This document shows, one piece after another, positions 11,561 through 21,521 of a stretch of 52,578 nt of DNA. Under the pieces are notes generated by a model, which saw nothing but the letters and a program-made list of their open reading frames with translations, was not told where the DNA came from and searched no databases. The DNA is from Clostridia bacterium (GTDB lineage: Bacteria; Bacillota; Clostridia; Oscillospirales; CAG-272): contig JAGCLY010000062.1 in the NCBI GenBank assembly GCA_017646745.1, positions 1 to 52,578 on the forward strand. Reading direction: 5' to 3'. Numbering within the stretch: the first letter of the stretch is position 1; every line of letters begins with the position of its first letter. The translations under genes were made by a program, and so were the position numbers.

Positions 11561-13393
11561 ATGAAAAAGAGATTTGCACTTATTGCGCTTATGCTCGTGA
11601 TCTCAATGCTCACCCTCTCGGCATGTGATCTTATTGCCAAGATCCCCGGTCTTGGCGGTGATCAGACTGGCACAGGCGAGGGGCAGGGCGATGGCCAGAC
11701 AACCGATACTCCCGAAACCCCAGATACTCCAAGCGAGCCCGAGACTCCCAATGAGCCCGAGACTCCTAATGAGCCCGAGACTCCCAATGAGCCCGAGACT
11801 CCTGATGAGCCTGAGCACACCCACAGCTTTACTGATGGCAAGTGTGAGTGCGGCGAGAGCGATCCTAATTATAAACCCAAACCCGAGGAACCCGAAGTGC
11901 TTAAAGCTACTAATATATATCTTGTAGGCGACTCTACCGTTTGCTCCTTCAGCGACAGTTATTATTACCCTCGCTATGGCTATGGTACTCAGCTTGCTAA
12001 TTATCTTGATCCTACGGCTACCGTAGTTAACCTGGCTCTCTCCGGCAGAAGCTCCAAGAGCTTTATCGAAGAGGCAAATTACGAAACACTTAAGAGCAGC
12101 CTTAAGGTGGGCGATTATCTCATTATCGGCTTCGGTCATAATGATGAGAAGAGCGACGATGCGGCGAGATTCACCGATGCATCTAAGCCCTATACCGATG
12201 AAAGCTCCTTTGGCTATTATCTTTACAATTACTATATCCAGCTTGCTATTGATGCGGGCGCTACTCCCATCCTTTGTACTCCTATCGTAAGAGCGGCAAC
12301 CGATGACGATTACTCCGGCAGCGAGGGTCACGTAACCGCAACAGGCGACTACGCTAAGGCTATCCGTGATCTCGGCGCGGCAGTTAACGTTCCCGTTGTT
12401 GATCTTACTGCTATTACTAAGGCGGAGTATTCTGCTAAGGGATATGAGAGCGCAAAGCTCTATCATGCAGTTACCGCAGGTATGCTTGATAGCGACGGCA
12501 CAACCATTATTCCCAATTGGAGCTCTGTTGACAAGACCCACCTTAACATCTACGGTGCAAAGTTCGTAGCGTACAGCCTTGCTACCGAGCTTAAGAAGAT
12601 AGAGAAAATCGGCAAGTACGTTCTCGCCGACATCACAGCTCCTACCGAGGCAGATCTCGTGGCAAATCCCGATTACAAGTATTCAAGCTACACCGCCCCC
12701 GATCTTGGTGGCTATACTGCTCCTGATCATTATGCAACCACTACCGACGGCTGGTACGGCACCGCATTTGGTGACACCGGCGGCAGCCCCGCATCTGCAG
12801 GTAACGGATACGTTGCTAAGGAAACCGAGGATGGTGTGTTCCAGGTTGGTAACATCTCCTCTAAGAGCAAGGGTAAGTTTGCCTCCGGTTCAGACGGCTT
12901 TGCATTCCTGTTCCGCCAGGTTGAGGCTGATAAGAACTTTACTCTTAGCGTAAGCGGCAAGATTATTGATATGGCAAGTGGAAAGGATCAGGCGGGCTTC
13001 GGTCTGATGCTCCGTGACGATGCTTATATCAATCTTACCGCAACTGATGCCAGCATTACCTCCAATTACGTTACCGCAGGCTTCCTTGCTACCAAGACCG
13101 GTCTTAACGCTAACTTCTACAGAGAGAACGGTGCTCTTAATAATGGTAGCGAGGCTACAACCGCCCTTCATGCGATAGACGATACCTTCACCGCTACAAT
13201 TGAGCGCATTGGTCAGTCTGTTACCGTAAGCATTACATACGGTGGCAATACCTACACCGAAACCTATTATGACTTCGACTTCCTTGCTAAGGATAACGGT
13301 TATATGTATATCGGTATGTTTGCAACCCGTGGTACGGTTGTTGAATTTACTGACGTTCAGTTCGAGATCACCGGCATCTCCCAGGGCGCATAA
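11561..13393 (+). CDS. SGNH/GDSL rhamnogalacturonan/pectin acetylesterase (CE12-like) lipoprotein
   Basis: Lipobox LSAC; blocks GDSTV, SGRSSKSF, GFGHND, DKTHLN; AAGGAG RBS before 11561. Confidence 0.85.
   Translation: MKKRFALIALMLVISMLTLSACDLIAKIPGLGGDQTGTGEGQGDGQTTDTPETPDTPSEPETPNEPETPNEPETPNEPETPDEPEHTHSFTDGKCECGESDPNYKPKPEEPEVLKATNIYLVGDSTVCSFSDSYYYPRYGYGTQLANYLDPTATVVNLALSGRSSKSFIEEANYETLKSSLKVGDYLIIGFGHNDEKSDDAARFTDASKPYTDESSFGYYLYNYYIQLAIDAGATPILCTPIVRAATDDDYSGSEGHVTATGDYAKAIRDLGAAVNVPVVDLTAITKAEYSAKGYESAKLYHAVTAGMLDSDGTTIIPNWSSVDKTHLNIYGAKFVAYSLATELKKIEKIGKYVLADITAPTEADLVANPDYKYSSYTAPDLGGYTAPDHYATTTDGWYGTAFGDTGGSPASAGNGYVAKETEDGVFQVGNISSKSKGKFASGSDGFAFLFRQVEADKNFTLSVSGKIIDMASGKDQAGFGLMLRDDAYINLTATDASITSNYVTAGFLATKTGLNANFYRENGALNNGSEATTALHAIDDTFTATIERIGQSVTVSITYGGNTYTETYYDFDFLAKDNGYMYIGMFATRGTVVEFTDVQFEITGISQGA
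11735..11815 (+). repeat. 18-bp tandem repeat encoding (EPETPN)n linker
   Basis: GAGCCCGAGACTCCYRAT x4.5. Confidence 0.95.
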
Positions 13394-13445
13394 ATCTCAT
13401 CAATTAATTAGTGTGTAAACAAATTTATATAAAAGGAGAAAAAAC

Positions 13446-16400
13446 ATGAAAAAAACAGCAATTTTCTTAGCAGTAGTTCTTGTTATTTCAATGTTCGTTC
13501 TTTCCTCCTGTGATCTTATTGGCAAGATCCCCGGAATTGGCGATCTGATTAACAAGCCCTGCACTGAGCACGTAGACGCTAACGGCGACTACATCTGCGA
13601 CGAGTGTGAAGCAGAGCTCGAGAAAAAGGACACCCCTGACACTCCTAACGAGCCCGACAATAAGCCCGTAGAGTGCACTCACGCAGACGAGAACAAGGAT
13701 CACAAGTGTGATTCCTGTGGCGATACTGTATCCGAGTGTGCGGCGGCAGAAGGCTCTCACAACTGCTCCACCTGCGGCAAGCCTCTCTCCGAGTGTGCAG
13801 CAGCAGAAGGCTCTCACGACTGTGCTATTTGTGGCAAGCCTCTTTCCGAGCACGCAGCTGCAGAGGGCTCTCACGACTGTCTGATCTGCGGTCAGCCTGT
13901 ATCCGATTGCGTTGATGCTGACGGTGATTACAGCTGTGACGTTTGTGGCGCAGAGGTAATTCCCGCTACTCACGAGAAGGTTAGCTACTCTCTTAACGTA
14001 TCCACACTTGACACCGGCGTGCTTTCTGCTGACTCTATCAACGGCAAGTTCACTATCGTTTCCGGGTCTGAGATCAGAAACAGAACCAAGACCTTTGACG
14101 GTGTTGAATATAACAAGTCTGTAAAGATCGGTAATTCTGCTACCAAGATCAAGATTGACGTTCCCGGCACGGGTAAGCTCAGCTTCCTTGTTCAGAACGG
14201 CTCCAGCGGTGCCACCACTCAGTTCATCACTATTACCGCGCCTAACGGCAAGGCACAGGATATTGAGTTTGCAGGCTCTGCAGATGGTAGCCCTGTTGTA
14301 AAGATCGAGATCGACGTTACCCCCGGTACGTGGGTTATCTCCCGTGGTAAGAACGGCGGTACTCAGGATGTCTTCGCTCTTGATCTTACCAGCATCGTTG
14401 AGAAGTCTGCTGAGAACGGCTTTGAGCTTGTTTCCGAGGGCAAGGTTGAGTACATCGTTGGCCAGAAGCTTGATTTCAGCCTCCTCAGACTGAATTCCAC
14501 CTTTGCAAACGGCAAGACCGATCCCCTCTCCGTAGACAACACTTCTATTGATTATTCCGCAGTTAATACTGCTGCCTCCGGCACATATCCCGTTATCGTT
14601 TCCTATAAGGATTATGCCCCCATTACTTATTACGTAAGCTACTATGCTCCTACTTCAATCGAGCTTGGCTTTGATGCTATTGAAAAGCTTTCTAAGAACA
14701 CCTCCTATGGCAACGGTGTTTATTACAACCACAGCTGGAAGGAAGTATACTTCATCAACGAGGAGCTTGATACCGACGGTCTTTCTGTTATCGTTGTTGC
14801 AACCTGCGGTGACAAGACTCTTAAATTCAGAGTTGATGAGTATGAAATCACAGGATTTGATTCCACAAGTGCTGATTTCAACAAGCTTACAATCAATGCA
14901 TACGGTCTTTCCGTAGAAATTACAGTTCACATCGTTGACACCGAGCCTACACCCAACGAGAAGGGCGTATACCAGCTTCTCGTTGACCCCGAATATCTCG
15001 GCATCGCCGGTGCTCTCAGTGGTCCCTACCACGTATTCTCTACCATCCAGGGCGCGCTTGACTATGCTGAACACATTAGCAATAGCGCAGTTAAGGAGAT
15101 CTATATTGCTCCCGGTCTCTATAAGGAAAAGCTTGAGATCACCATTCCTAACCTTCACATTATCGGTTTGGGTGATACTCCCGATCAGGTAGTTATCGAG
15201 TGGGATTCTTTCTATGGTCTTGCAGATGCAGGCGGATTCGTTCATACCACCGATTCTACCCAGACCGTTGCTGTAAGAGAGTCTGCAACCAACGTAACTA
15301 TCGAGAACGTTACTATTTCCAACTACTGGAACAGCCAGGAAAGAATGGACAAGGCAGGTCTTGAGATTGAGAGAGGTCTTGCACTCCTTGTTCAGGCTGA
15401 TAGATTCGTTATGAAGAACTCCAGACTTCTTGGTATTCAGGATACACTTGAGCTCTTCACAGGTCGTCAGTACTTTGAGAACGTATTTATCTCCGGTTAT
15501 ACCGACTTTATCTTCGGTACCAACAGCACCACCTACTTCAAGAACTGTACTATCCACGTTATCGATACCGAGAAGGACGATAAGGGAACTGCAGGCTATA
15601 TCACAGCCTTCAAGGGCTCTAACAAGGGCGCGGCCGATGCTATCGTATACGGTGCGATCTTCGATGGTTGTAAGTTCACTGCTGACGAGGGTGTTACTCC
15701 CGGCTGTACCGCTATCGGCCGTACATGGGGCGCATACGCGGCAGTTGCAATTATCAACTCCGAGCTTGGCGGTCACATTTCTACCGTTGGCTACAATCCC
15801 TCCAACAATAAGAACACCCGTTACATCTCTATGAACGGTATTCATCCCACCGATTCTACCGTTCAGTTCGTTGAATTTAACAACACCGGCGCAGGTGCAA
15901 TCACCGAGGCTGTTGCAGGCATGAGATTCCTCACCGCAGAGGAAGCGGCTCTCTACGCTGACTTCGCGACCATCTTCGGCACTATCAACGGTAAGGTTTC
16001 CTACCTTGATCCCTGGAATCCCGAGTCTACCGAGATTATCGTTGACGATAGAGATTATTACTATTTCAACGGTTCGTCCAGCTCCACCGGCTCCTCTCAC
16101 ACCTTTGATACCACTACCACTATTGCAAAAGGTTCTACCCTTGAGTGGGACGGTCTTCTCATTAGTGCAGAGAACGGCAATGTTGCTTGGAACTCCAATG
16201 CAAATTCTCTCAATATGAAGGCTGGTGCTTTCATTAAGTTCACCGTTCCCGCAGGAACCACCGTTATTGTTGAAACTTATCCCAACTACAATTACTTCAC
16301 TCTTAACGGCGTAGGCACAGCAAGTGCAAATATGCTTTCTCAGTACTACGCAGAGGAAACAGAGGTTACTCTCCTTTCCACCGGCGATCTTTACCTCTAC

Positions 16401-18077
16401 TCCATCATTATTGATCCCAACAGTGATGCTCCCGCAGCTCCTACTCTCAACGAGATCAAGGTTTCGGGTATGAATACCAACTATGTTGTAGGCGACGAGA
16501 TATCCCTTGAGGGCCTTGTAGTTAAGGCTATCTACTCCGACAACTCTATCCATTTCGTAACAGATTACACCGTTGACTCCTCCGCAGTAGTTAACACCGC
16601 TGAGGGCGAGTACGAGGTTGTTATTTCCTACGCTGAAAAGACTGCTATCGTTACCGTTACCTACGAGGATCCCAATGCGGGTCCCGAGATCACCAAGGAC
16701 ACAGTTCTTGATTTCTCCACTCCCGACGGCCTTGCAGCGGTTCAGAATAATCCCAAGGTTACTATCGATGGATCTGTAAGACACAACGGCGCTGAGATCC
16801 AGATCAGTGGTACTATTTCCTTTAAGGTTAAGGCAGGTACGGTTGTAACGGTAATTCCTTACGCAAGCGAACAGTATGCTTCTTATACCCTTGGATATGA
16901 GGGTGAGGAAAATCTTGAGGTTTACCACGTATCTATGAGTATGATGTTCTCCGAGGATTGCACCGTAGTTTACACCGGTCTTGATAACAACTACCTTGTT
17001 CAAATTATAATCGAGTGTCCTCTTGAAGAAGGTAAGTATGTATTCGGTGGCTCTTCCGTAGAGGGCGATGTAACCGGTATTCTTGAGTCCATTCCCGGTA
17101 TGTCCATTTCCGGTACCTGTAAGACTCACTCCGGCGGCGCACAGCTTGGTGCTGACTCCCAGATCATCTTCATTGCTCCCGCACTTGCAACAGTTACAGT
17201 TCAGGGCTATGACACCTCCTACGGTCAGCTTCTCGTTCTTGTTGACAACGTGCCCATTGAGATGAATGATAAGGCTCAGTATGTATTTACTCTTTCGTAT
17301 GCCAGCACAGTAATTATTGAGGCAAAGAACGTTGGTACAGAGGAAGCACCCGCTTGGAACAAGTCCTATATCACCTCTATTCAGGTAGAGATTCCCGAGT
17401 TTATTGAGGCGGATACAACTATCAACTTCGGCTCCGCAGGAAACTACAAGGATTCTGTTATTGATTTCTCCGGCATCACCATCGGTGACAACGGCGGCAA
17501 TAACTCTCAGATTAAGAACGGCTCCTTCTCCTTCGCGGTTAAGAAGGGCGCTAAGGTTACCGTTCACGGTTATTCCGGATACACATCCTATAATTTTGGT
17601 GATGGTGATATCGTATATGAAAGCATTACCGATGAATACTTCACTTATGAGGCATATGCTGATTGTGTAATCACCATTTCTCATACAACAGGAAACAACT
17701 ATTTCTACTCCTTTAGCATTAAGTATCCCGCAGCTAAGGAGAACGTAAGCGTAACCTTCGGCTCTGAGGGCAATTATCACGATGCTTCCGGTGCAATCGA
17801 CCTTTCCGGTGTGCAGATCGGCGACAATGGCGGTAGCAACTCTCAGGTTAAGAATGGCTCTATCACCGTTACCCTTTTTGCAGGCGCAAAGCTTACCATT
17901 AAGGGCTTCAACGGTTATACCGACTACACTCTTAGCGACGGCACTAGCGAATATGTGATCAACAAGGATTCTGCGGATCATACCGAGCATGTTTATACAG
18001 CAGCTGCAGACGTAACTGTTACCATTACTCCTAACAGCGGAAACAACTACTTCTACGGTATTGATATCGTTTATTAA
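13446..18077 (+). CDS. Multidomain pectin methylesterase (CE8) lipoprotein with Cys/His repeats, Ig-like domains and C-terminal repeats
   Basis: Lipobox LSSC; PGLYKEK, GIQDTL, GYTDFIFG, IGRTWG pectinesterase motifs; Big-like YxVGxxL..V.A.Y segments. Confidence 0.85.
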   Translation: MKKTAIFLAVVLVISMFVLSSCDLIGKIPGIGDLINKPCTEHVDANGDYICDECEAELEKKDTPDTPNEPDNKPVECTHADENKDHKCDSCGDTVSECAAAEGSHNCSTCGKPLSECAAAEGSHDCAICGKPLSEHAAAEGSHDCLICGQPVSDCVDADGDYSCDVCGAEVIPATHEKVSYSLNVSTLDTGVLSADSINGKFTIVSGSEIRNRTKTFDGVEYNKSVKIGNSATKIKIDVPGTGKLSFLVQNGSSGATTQFITITAPNGKAQDIEFAGSADGSPVVKIEIDVTPGTWVISRGKNGGTQDVFALDLTSIVEKSAENGFELVSEGKVEYIVGQKLDFSLLRLNSTFANGKTDPLSVDNTSIDYSAVNTAASGTYPVIVSYKDYAPITYYVSYYAPTSIELGFDAIEKLSKNTSYGNGVYYNHSWKEVYFINEELDTDGLSVIVVATCGDKTLKFRVDEYEITGFDSTSADFNKLTINAYGLSVEITVHIVDTEPTPNEKGVYQLLVDPEYLGIAGALSGPYHVFSTIQGALDYAEHISNSAVKEIYIAPGLYKEKLEITIPNLHIIGLGDTPDQVVIEWDSFYGLADAGGFVHTTDSTQTVAVRESATNVTIENVTISNYWNSQERMDKAGLEIERGLALLVQADRFVMKNSRLLGIQDTLELFTGRQYFENVFISGYTDFIFGTNSTTYFKNCTIHVIDTEKDDKGTAGYITAFKGSNKGAADAIVYGAIFDGCKFTADEGVTPGCTAIGRTWGAYAAVAIINSELGGHISTVGYNPSNNKNTRYISMNGIHPTDSTVQFVEFNNTGAGAITEAVAGMRFLTAEEAALYADFATIFGTINGKVSYLDPWNPESTEIIVDDRDYYYFNGSSSSTGSSHTFDTTTTIAKGSTLEWDGLLISAENGNVAWNSNANSLNMKAGAFIKFTVPAGTTVIVETYPNYNYFTLNGVGTASANMLSQYYAEETEVTLLSTGDLYLYSIIIDPNSDAPAAPTLNEIKVSGMNTNYVVGDEISLEGLVVKAIYSDNSIHFVTDYTVDSSAVVNTAEGEYEVVISYAEKTAIVTVTYEDPNAGPEITKDTVLDFSTPDGLAAVQNNPKVTIDGSVRHNGAEIQISGTISFKVKAGTVVTVIPYASEQYASYTLGYEGEENLEVYHVSMSMMFSEDCTVVYTGLDNNYLVQIIIECPLEEGKYVFGGSSVEGDVTGILESIPGMSISGTCKTHSGGAQLGADSQIIFIAPALATVTVQGYDTSYGQLLVLVDNVPIEMNDKAQYVFTLSYASTVIIEAKNVGTEEAPAWNKSYITSIQVEIPEFIEADTTINFGSAGNYKDSVIDFSGITIGDNGGNNSQIKNGSFSFAVKKGAKVTVHGYSGYTSYNFGDGDIVYESITDEYFTYEAYADCVITISHTTGNNYFYSFSIKYPAAKENVSVTFGSEGNYHDASGAIDLSGVQIGDNGGSNSQVKNGSITVTLFAGAKLTIKGFNGYTDYTLSDGTSEYVINKDSADHTEHVYTAAADVTVTITPNSGNNYFYGIDIVY
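13731..13901 (+). repeat. 57-bp tandem repeat x3 (SECAAAEGSHxCxxCGKPL)
   Basis: Three near-identical units at 13731, 13788 and 13845. Confidence 0.9.
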
Positions 18078-18095
18078 TATCGAATAATTAATCAA

Positions 18096-18162
18096 GCCCC
18101 TCGGTTTTTCCGAGGGGCTATCTTTTTATAAAAGAAAAAGCGGCGATTTTTGCCGCTTTTTG
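18096..18162. terminator. Two terminators between convergent genes
   Basis: AGCCCCTCGG-tttt-CCGAGGGGCT and AAAAAGCGGC...GCCGCTTTTT. Confidence 0.75.
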
Positions 18163-18174
18163 CTTTAGATATTA

Positions 18175-19551
18175 TTACTTACCAAGGTAAGAGAAATTGC
18201 TCTGATCGCCGAAATTATCGTCGCCCATGAAGTGAGCGAAGGTGTGTGCGATCTGGATATTCTCAACCTTCACATCATTAAAGAGCTCTGCGCCGTCACC
18301 GTATGCGAAGATAGGCACGTTCTTGCCGGTATGCTGATCAGAATGATATTCCAGCACACCCTGCGCGTTAGCATACAGGTCACCGGTCTCGTGGTCTGCG
18401 GTGATGAGAATAAATGTGTCGGGATTATAGAATGCGTATTCCATAAATCTGCCGATCGCCTGGTTAAAGCGAACTACCGCCTGGAATGTCTTGTTCAGAT
18501 CGTTGTTGTGACAGTGCTTGTCGATATGCGCCTCCTCGTACATGAGGAAGAAGCCGTTTTCGTTATCATCAAGGGTATCGAGGGTCTCTGTAATATGCTT
18601 TTCAATAACCGGCATATAGTTTGCAGTGTAGTAATCAAAGCTGCAGTCGATAATTGTACCGTAGTAATCTCTTGCTTCAGCCTGGCTGGAAATAATGCCG
18701 GCATTGTTGTTTCGGCTATCTGCGTGGGCAGAGAAGGATGCGGGTGTTGCGCCGGTCTTTGACTCGGTGGACATTACACCTGCCGACATGCCCTTTTCGG
18801 ATGCAAGCTCGGTAAGCGATTTGATATCCTTGTTATCCTTGTCACGTCCAACAAAGCCGTTGATGGTCTTCTTTCCGCAGGAGAGGGCAGTGCCGCCTGC
18901 TGCGCTGTCGGTTACGCCGGAGAGAGAGTTGGTTCTGGACTGACCCTGATAGGGCAGGTAATAGCCGTAGAACATATCTTCACCGTCGCTGAAGTCAACG
19001 TTGTTTTCCATATATTCAAACATCTTGGTCTGGTTGAATCCCATACCGTCGCCGATAAGCATGATAAAGTTCTTTGCTTCCTTTACGATAGGGTCGTGTA
19101 CGCTTACACCCTCAGGTATAGTTGCAGCATAGTCAGCTGCAGGTACGTATGTATCAATAAAGAAGTATGCTGCCGCTGCAATAATGAAGTAATCTCCCTC
19201 AAGGGCGATCTGCTTCTCTTCGCAGAGGATTGCGAACTGTAGTCCATTGGTATCTGCATCAAGTCGATTGGAAATCTCTCTTTCGGTATTACCTACAACG
19301 ATCTCAAGCTCGGTAACAGGCTTTTCGCTGTCCTCTACCAGATCAAGATCGATTCTCGTACGCTCAAAAATTTGGCTCTGTATGTACTCAGCCGCTCTCT
19401 TGGAGTAGTCAAGATCCTCGTCAGAGTAAACTATAGAGTAGTCCGAAAGTGCCTTGCCATTAATGGTGTTATCTCCGGAAAGGAGAGCGTTACAGCTTAT
19501 AAGTGAAACCAAGAACGACATAATCAAAAGTAAGCACAGTATTCTTTTCAT
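18175..19551 (-). CDS. Alkaline phosphatase family lipoprotein
   Basis: Lipobox LISC; IGDGMG, TDSAAGGTA, ATPASF, IDKHCH, TADHETG, HTG. Confidence 0.9.
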   Translation of the reverse strand: MKRILCLLLIMSFLVSLISCNALLSGDNTINGKALSDYSIVYSDEDLDYSKRAAEYIQSQIFERTRIDLDLVEDSEKPVTELEIVVGNTEREISNRLDADTNGLQFAILCEEKQIALEGDYFIIAAAAYFFIDTYVPAADYAATIPEGVSVHDPIVKEAKNFIMLIGDGMGFNQTKMFEYMENNVDFSDGEDMFYGYYLPYQGQSRTNSLSGVTDSAAGGTALSCGKKTINGFVGRDKDNKDIKSLTELASEKGMSAGVMSTESKTGATPASFSAHADSRNNNAGIISSQAEARDYYGTIIDCSFDYYTANYMPVIEKHITETLDTLDDNENGFFLMYEEAHIDKHCHNNDLNKTFQAVVRFNQAIGRFMEYAFYNPDTFILITADHETGDLYANAQGVLEYHSDQHTGKNVPIFAYGDGAELFNDVKVENIQIAHTFAHFMGDDNFGDQSNFSYLGK

Positions 19552-19614
19552 AATAATCTCCTCACTTGCTAAAAAATACATTTATATAATAACATAAACA
19601 AATGGATTTTTCAA

Positions 19615-19694
19615 CTATTTAAAAAAAGTTTTAAATACTCCTTGACAAAATTATATTTTTAGCGTATAATCTATTTAAAGAAAATTTTAAATAG
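19615..19694 (+). promoter_or_regulatory. sdpRI promoter flanked by two palindromic operators
   Basis: TTGACA(19642)-17-TATAAT(19665); CTATTTAAA-N6-TTTAAATAS at 19615-19638 and 19671-19694. Confidence 0.8.
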
Positions 19695-19704
19695 GAGAAG
19701 AAAA

Positions 19705-19989
19705 ATGGGCGAATTTAACATTTTCAAGGTGCTCTCGGATGCCCAGCGCAGGGAAATACTGCTTATGCTTCGTGACGGCAGACTAAGCGCAGGTGAGATA
19801 GCAGAGCACCTTTCGGTCACACCGGCCGCCCTGTCTTATCATTTAAGACTGCTTAAGGGCGCAGACCTGGTTATTGAGTACAAGAGTAAGAATTTCGTCT
19901 ACTATGAGATAAACACCTCTGTCTTTGAGGAGCTTATTATGTGGGTAGCACAGTTTGGAGGTAAAAAAGATGAAAATAAAGATAATTAA
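19705..19989 (+). CDS. sdpR: ArsR-family autorepressor SdpR-like
   Basis: FKVLSDAQRREIL, LSAGEIA, LSYHL, YYEINTSVFEE; next to an SdpI-like gene. Confidence 0.8.
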   Translation: MGEFNIFKVLSDAQRREILLMLRDGRLSAGEIAEHLSVTPAALSYHLRLLKGADLVIEYKSKNFVYYEINTSVFEELIMWVAQFGGKKDENKDN

Positions 19990-20680
19990 TATTTTGATTT
20001 TTGTAGCTTCGCTTGCTATTACGCTGGCGACGCTTTCGGCTATGCCTGACACGGTTCCGGTGCACTTTGATATTCACGGTGTAGTTGATAGATGGGGCTC
20101 AAAGTATGAGATGCTTATTATGCCCGGTGTTATGCTGGCTATGCTTGGCTTTTGGTTCGGCAATGATGCCTTTTACAAAAAGAAGTTAGGCACGTCTACC
20201 GATGAAAAGGTGATTGCAGAGGCGAGGGCTAATATGAAGGTAATGGACGTTACATCTGTTATTACTTCGCTGATGTTTGCCGTAATTAACACCGTAACTC
20301 TTTATGCCTCATACTCTCAGCTTGACGGTGTGGCGGTTAAGGAGGTTGATATTCTTAAAATCCTTGCCATCGTTATGGGTGTCAGCTTTGTTTTGATTGG
20401 TAACTTTATGCCTAAGGCAAAGAACAACCGTAACGTAGGCTTCCGTCTTCCTTGGACCAGATACAACGACGTTACCTGGAGCAAGAGCAATCGCTTCGCC
20501 GGCATTGCTATGGTAATTGTCGGTATCGTTATTACTCTTGGTGGCATTATTTTCTCGGGTAATATTGCTATGATAATTATGCTTGTTACTCTTGCCGTTG
20601 CTCTGCCCATTCTTACAATTTATGCCTATACCGTTCATAGTAAGGAAGTAAAGAAGAATAATGATCAAAAGCAATCTTAA
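19970..20680 (+). CDS. sdpI: SdpI family immunity membrane protein (DUF1648 + SdpI)
   Basis: MPDTVPVHF..G.VDRWGSK, IGNFMPK..N..VGFRLPWT..DVTWSKSNRFAG. Confidence 0.85.
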   Translation: MKIKIINILIFVASLAITLATLSAMPDTVPVHFDIHGVVDRWGSKYEMLIMPGVMLAMLGFWFGNDAFYKKKLGTSTDEKVIAEARANMKVMDVTSVITSLMFAVINTVTLYASYSQLDGVAVKEVDILKILAIVMGVSFVLIGNFMPKAKNNRNVGFRLPWTRYNDVTWSKSNRFAGIAMVIVGIVITLGGIIFSGNIAMIIMLVTLAVALPILTIYAYTVHSKEVKKNNDQKQS

Positions 20681-21010
20681 ATTCATTCTATTTTTAGCCT
20701 TTTTCGGCCTCGTTGGCGGCTATTTCACAGCACTTTATTCTGTTGAAATTATGGATCCAACAGCCCTTGATCAGACGGTTGCTCAGGTGGGCAGTCTTGA
20801 TGCTGTTATACTTATTACCGTTATCCAGTCGCTTCTTTATGCGGTTGCGCTTGGCCTTATTGGCAGGGCAATCTCGAAGAAGATCGGTCTATGGCGTGAG
20901 TTCATCCTTGAAGCAAAGTCTCTTATCTACACAGCTATGTCTTAGCAAGCATTACCTATGGCGGTGTGGTCGAGGAAGTTATGTTGCGTCTGTTTTTTAT
21001 ATCACTATGG
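20661..21010 (+). pseudogene. Broken CPBP/Abi (CAAX) intramembrane protease
   Basis: 94-aa TM ORF stops at 20945; a different frame from 20942 reads LASITYGGVVEEVMLRLFFISL (EExxxR); later motifs absent. Confidence 0.7.
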
Positions 21011-21037
21011 AAAAATGCGGCTCACCGAGCCGCATTT
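21011..21037. terminator. Terminator downstream of rlmH
   Basis: AAATGCGGCTC-acc-GAGCCGCATTT. Confidence 0.7.
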
Positions 21038-21041
21038 GCTA

Positions 21042-21521
21042 TTACTTATGATATTTTTTACCCGCCAGAATGGTAAACGAGCGGTACAGCGCCTCAAACA
21101 GCACCACCCTCATCAGCTGATGGGGGAAGGTCAGCGCCGAAACCGATAGACGCACGTCGCACTCACGCTTAACCTTGTCCGCAAGACCGTGGGAGGAGCC
21201 GATTATAAGGGTAATCTTGCCGCTTTCGTCGGCCATTCTGCCGATCAGTCCTGCTAGGGCAGGGGAGTCATACTGCTTTCCCTCAACACAAAGGGCGATC
21301 TTGCCCGATCCCTTGGGGATAGATGCAATTATTCTCTCCCCCTCGGCATCCAGCGCTCTGCGCACCTCTGACGCATCGTCCTCGTTGGCTATGCGCTCCT
21401 CTTTAATATTAATCTCATCAACTCTTGCATACTGCGAGAGTCTTTTTTTATACTCGGCAACCGCCTCCTTGAGGTATCCCTCCTTAAGCGTGCCGACACT
21501 TATTAGCGTTATATTTGCCAT
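21042..21521 (-). CDS. rlmH: 23S rRNA pseudouridine-1915 N3-methyltransferase
   Basis: VGTLKE, EYKKRL, IIGSSHGL, LTFPHQLMRV, KYHK. Confidence 0.95.
   Translation of the reverse strand: MANITLISVGTLKEGYLKEAVAEYKKRLSQYARVDEINIKEERIANEDDASEVRRALDAEGERIIASIPKGSGKIALCVEGKQYDSPALAGLIGRMADESGKITLIIGSSHGLADKVKRECDVRLSVSALTFPHQLMRVVLFEALYRSFTILAGKKYHK

Noticed and set aside
14655-18095. 1146-aa antisense ORF, and similar shadow ORFs over groEL, queA, CE12 and GH3
   Set aside because: They lie opposite well-supported genes, lack RBS and motifs, and are explained by codon bias leaving the antisense frame free of stops.
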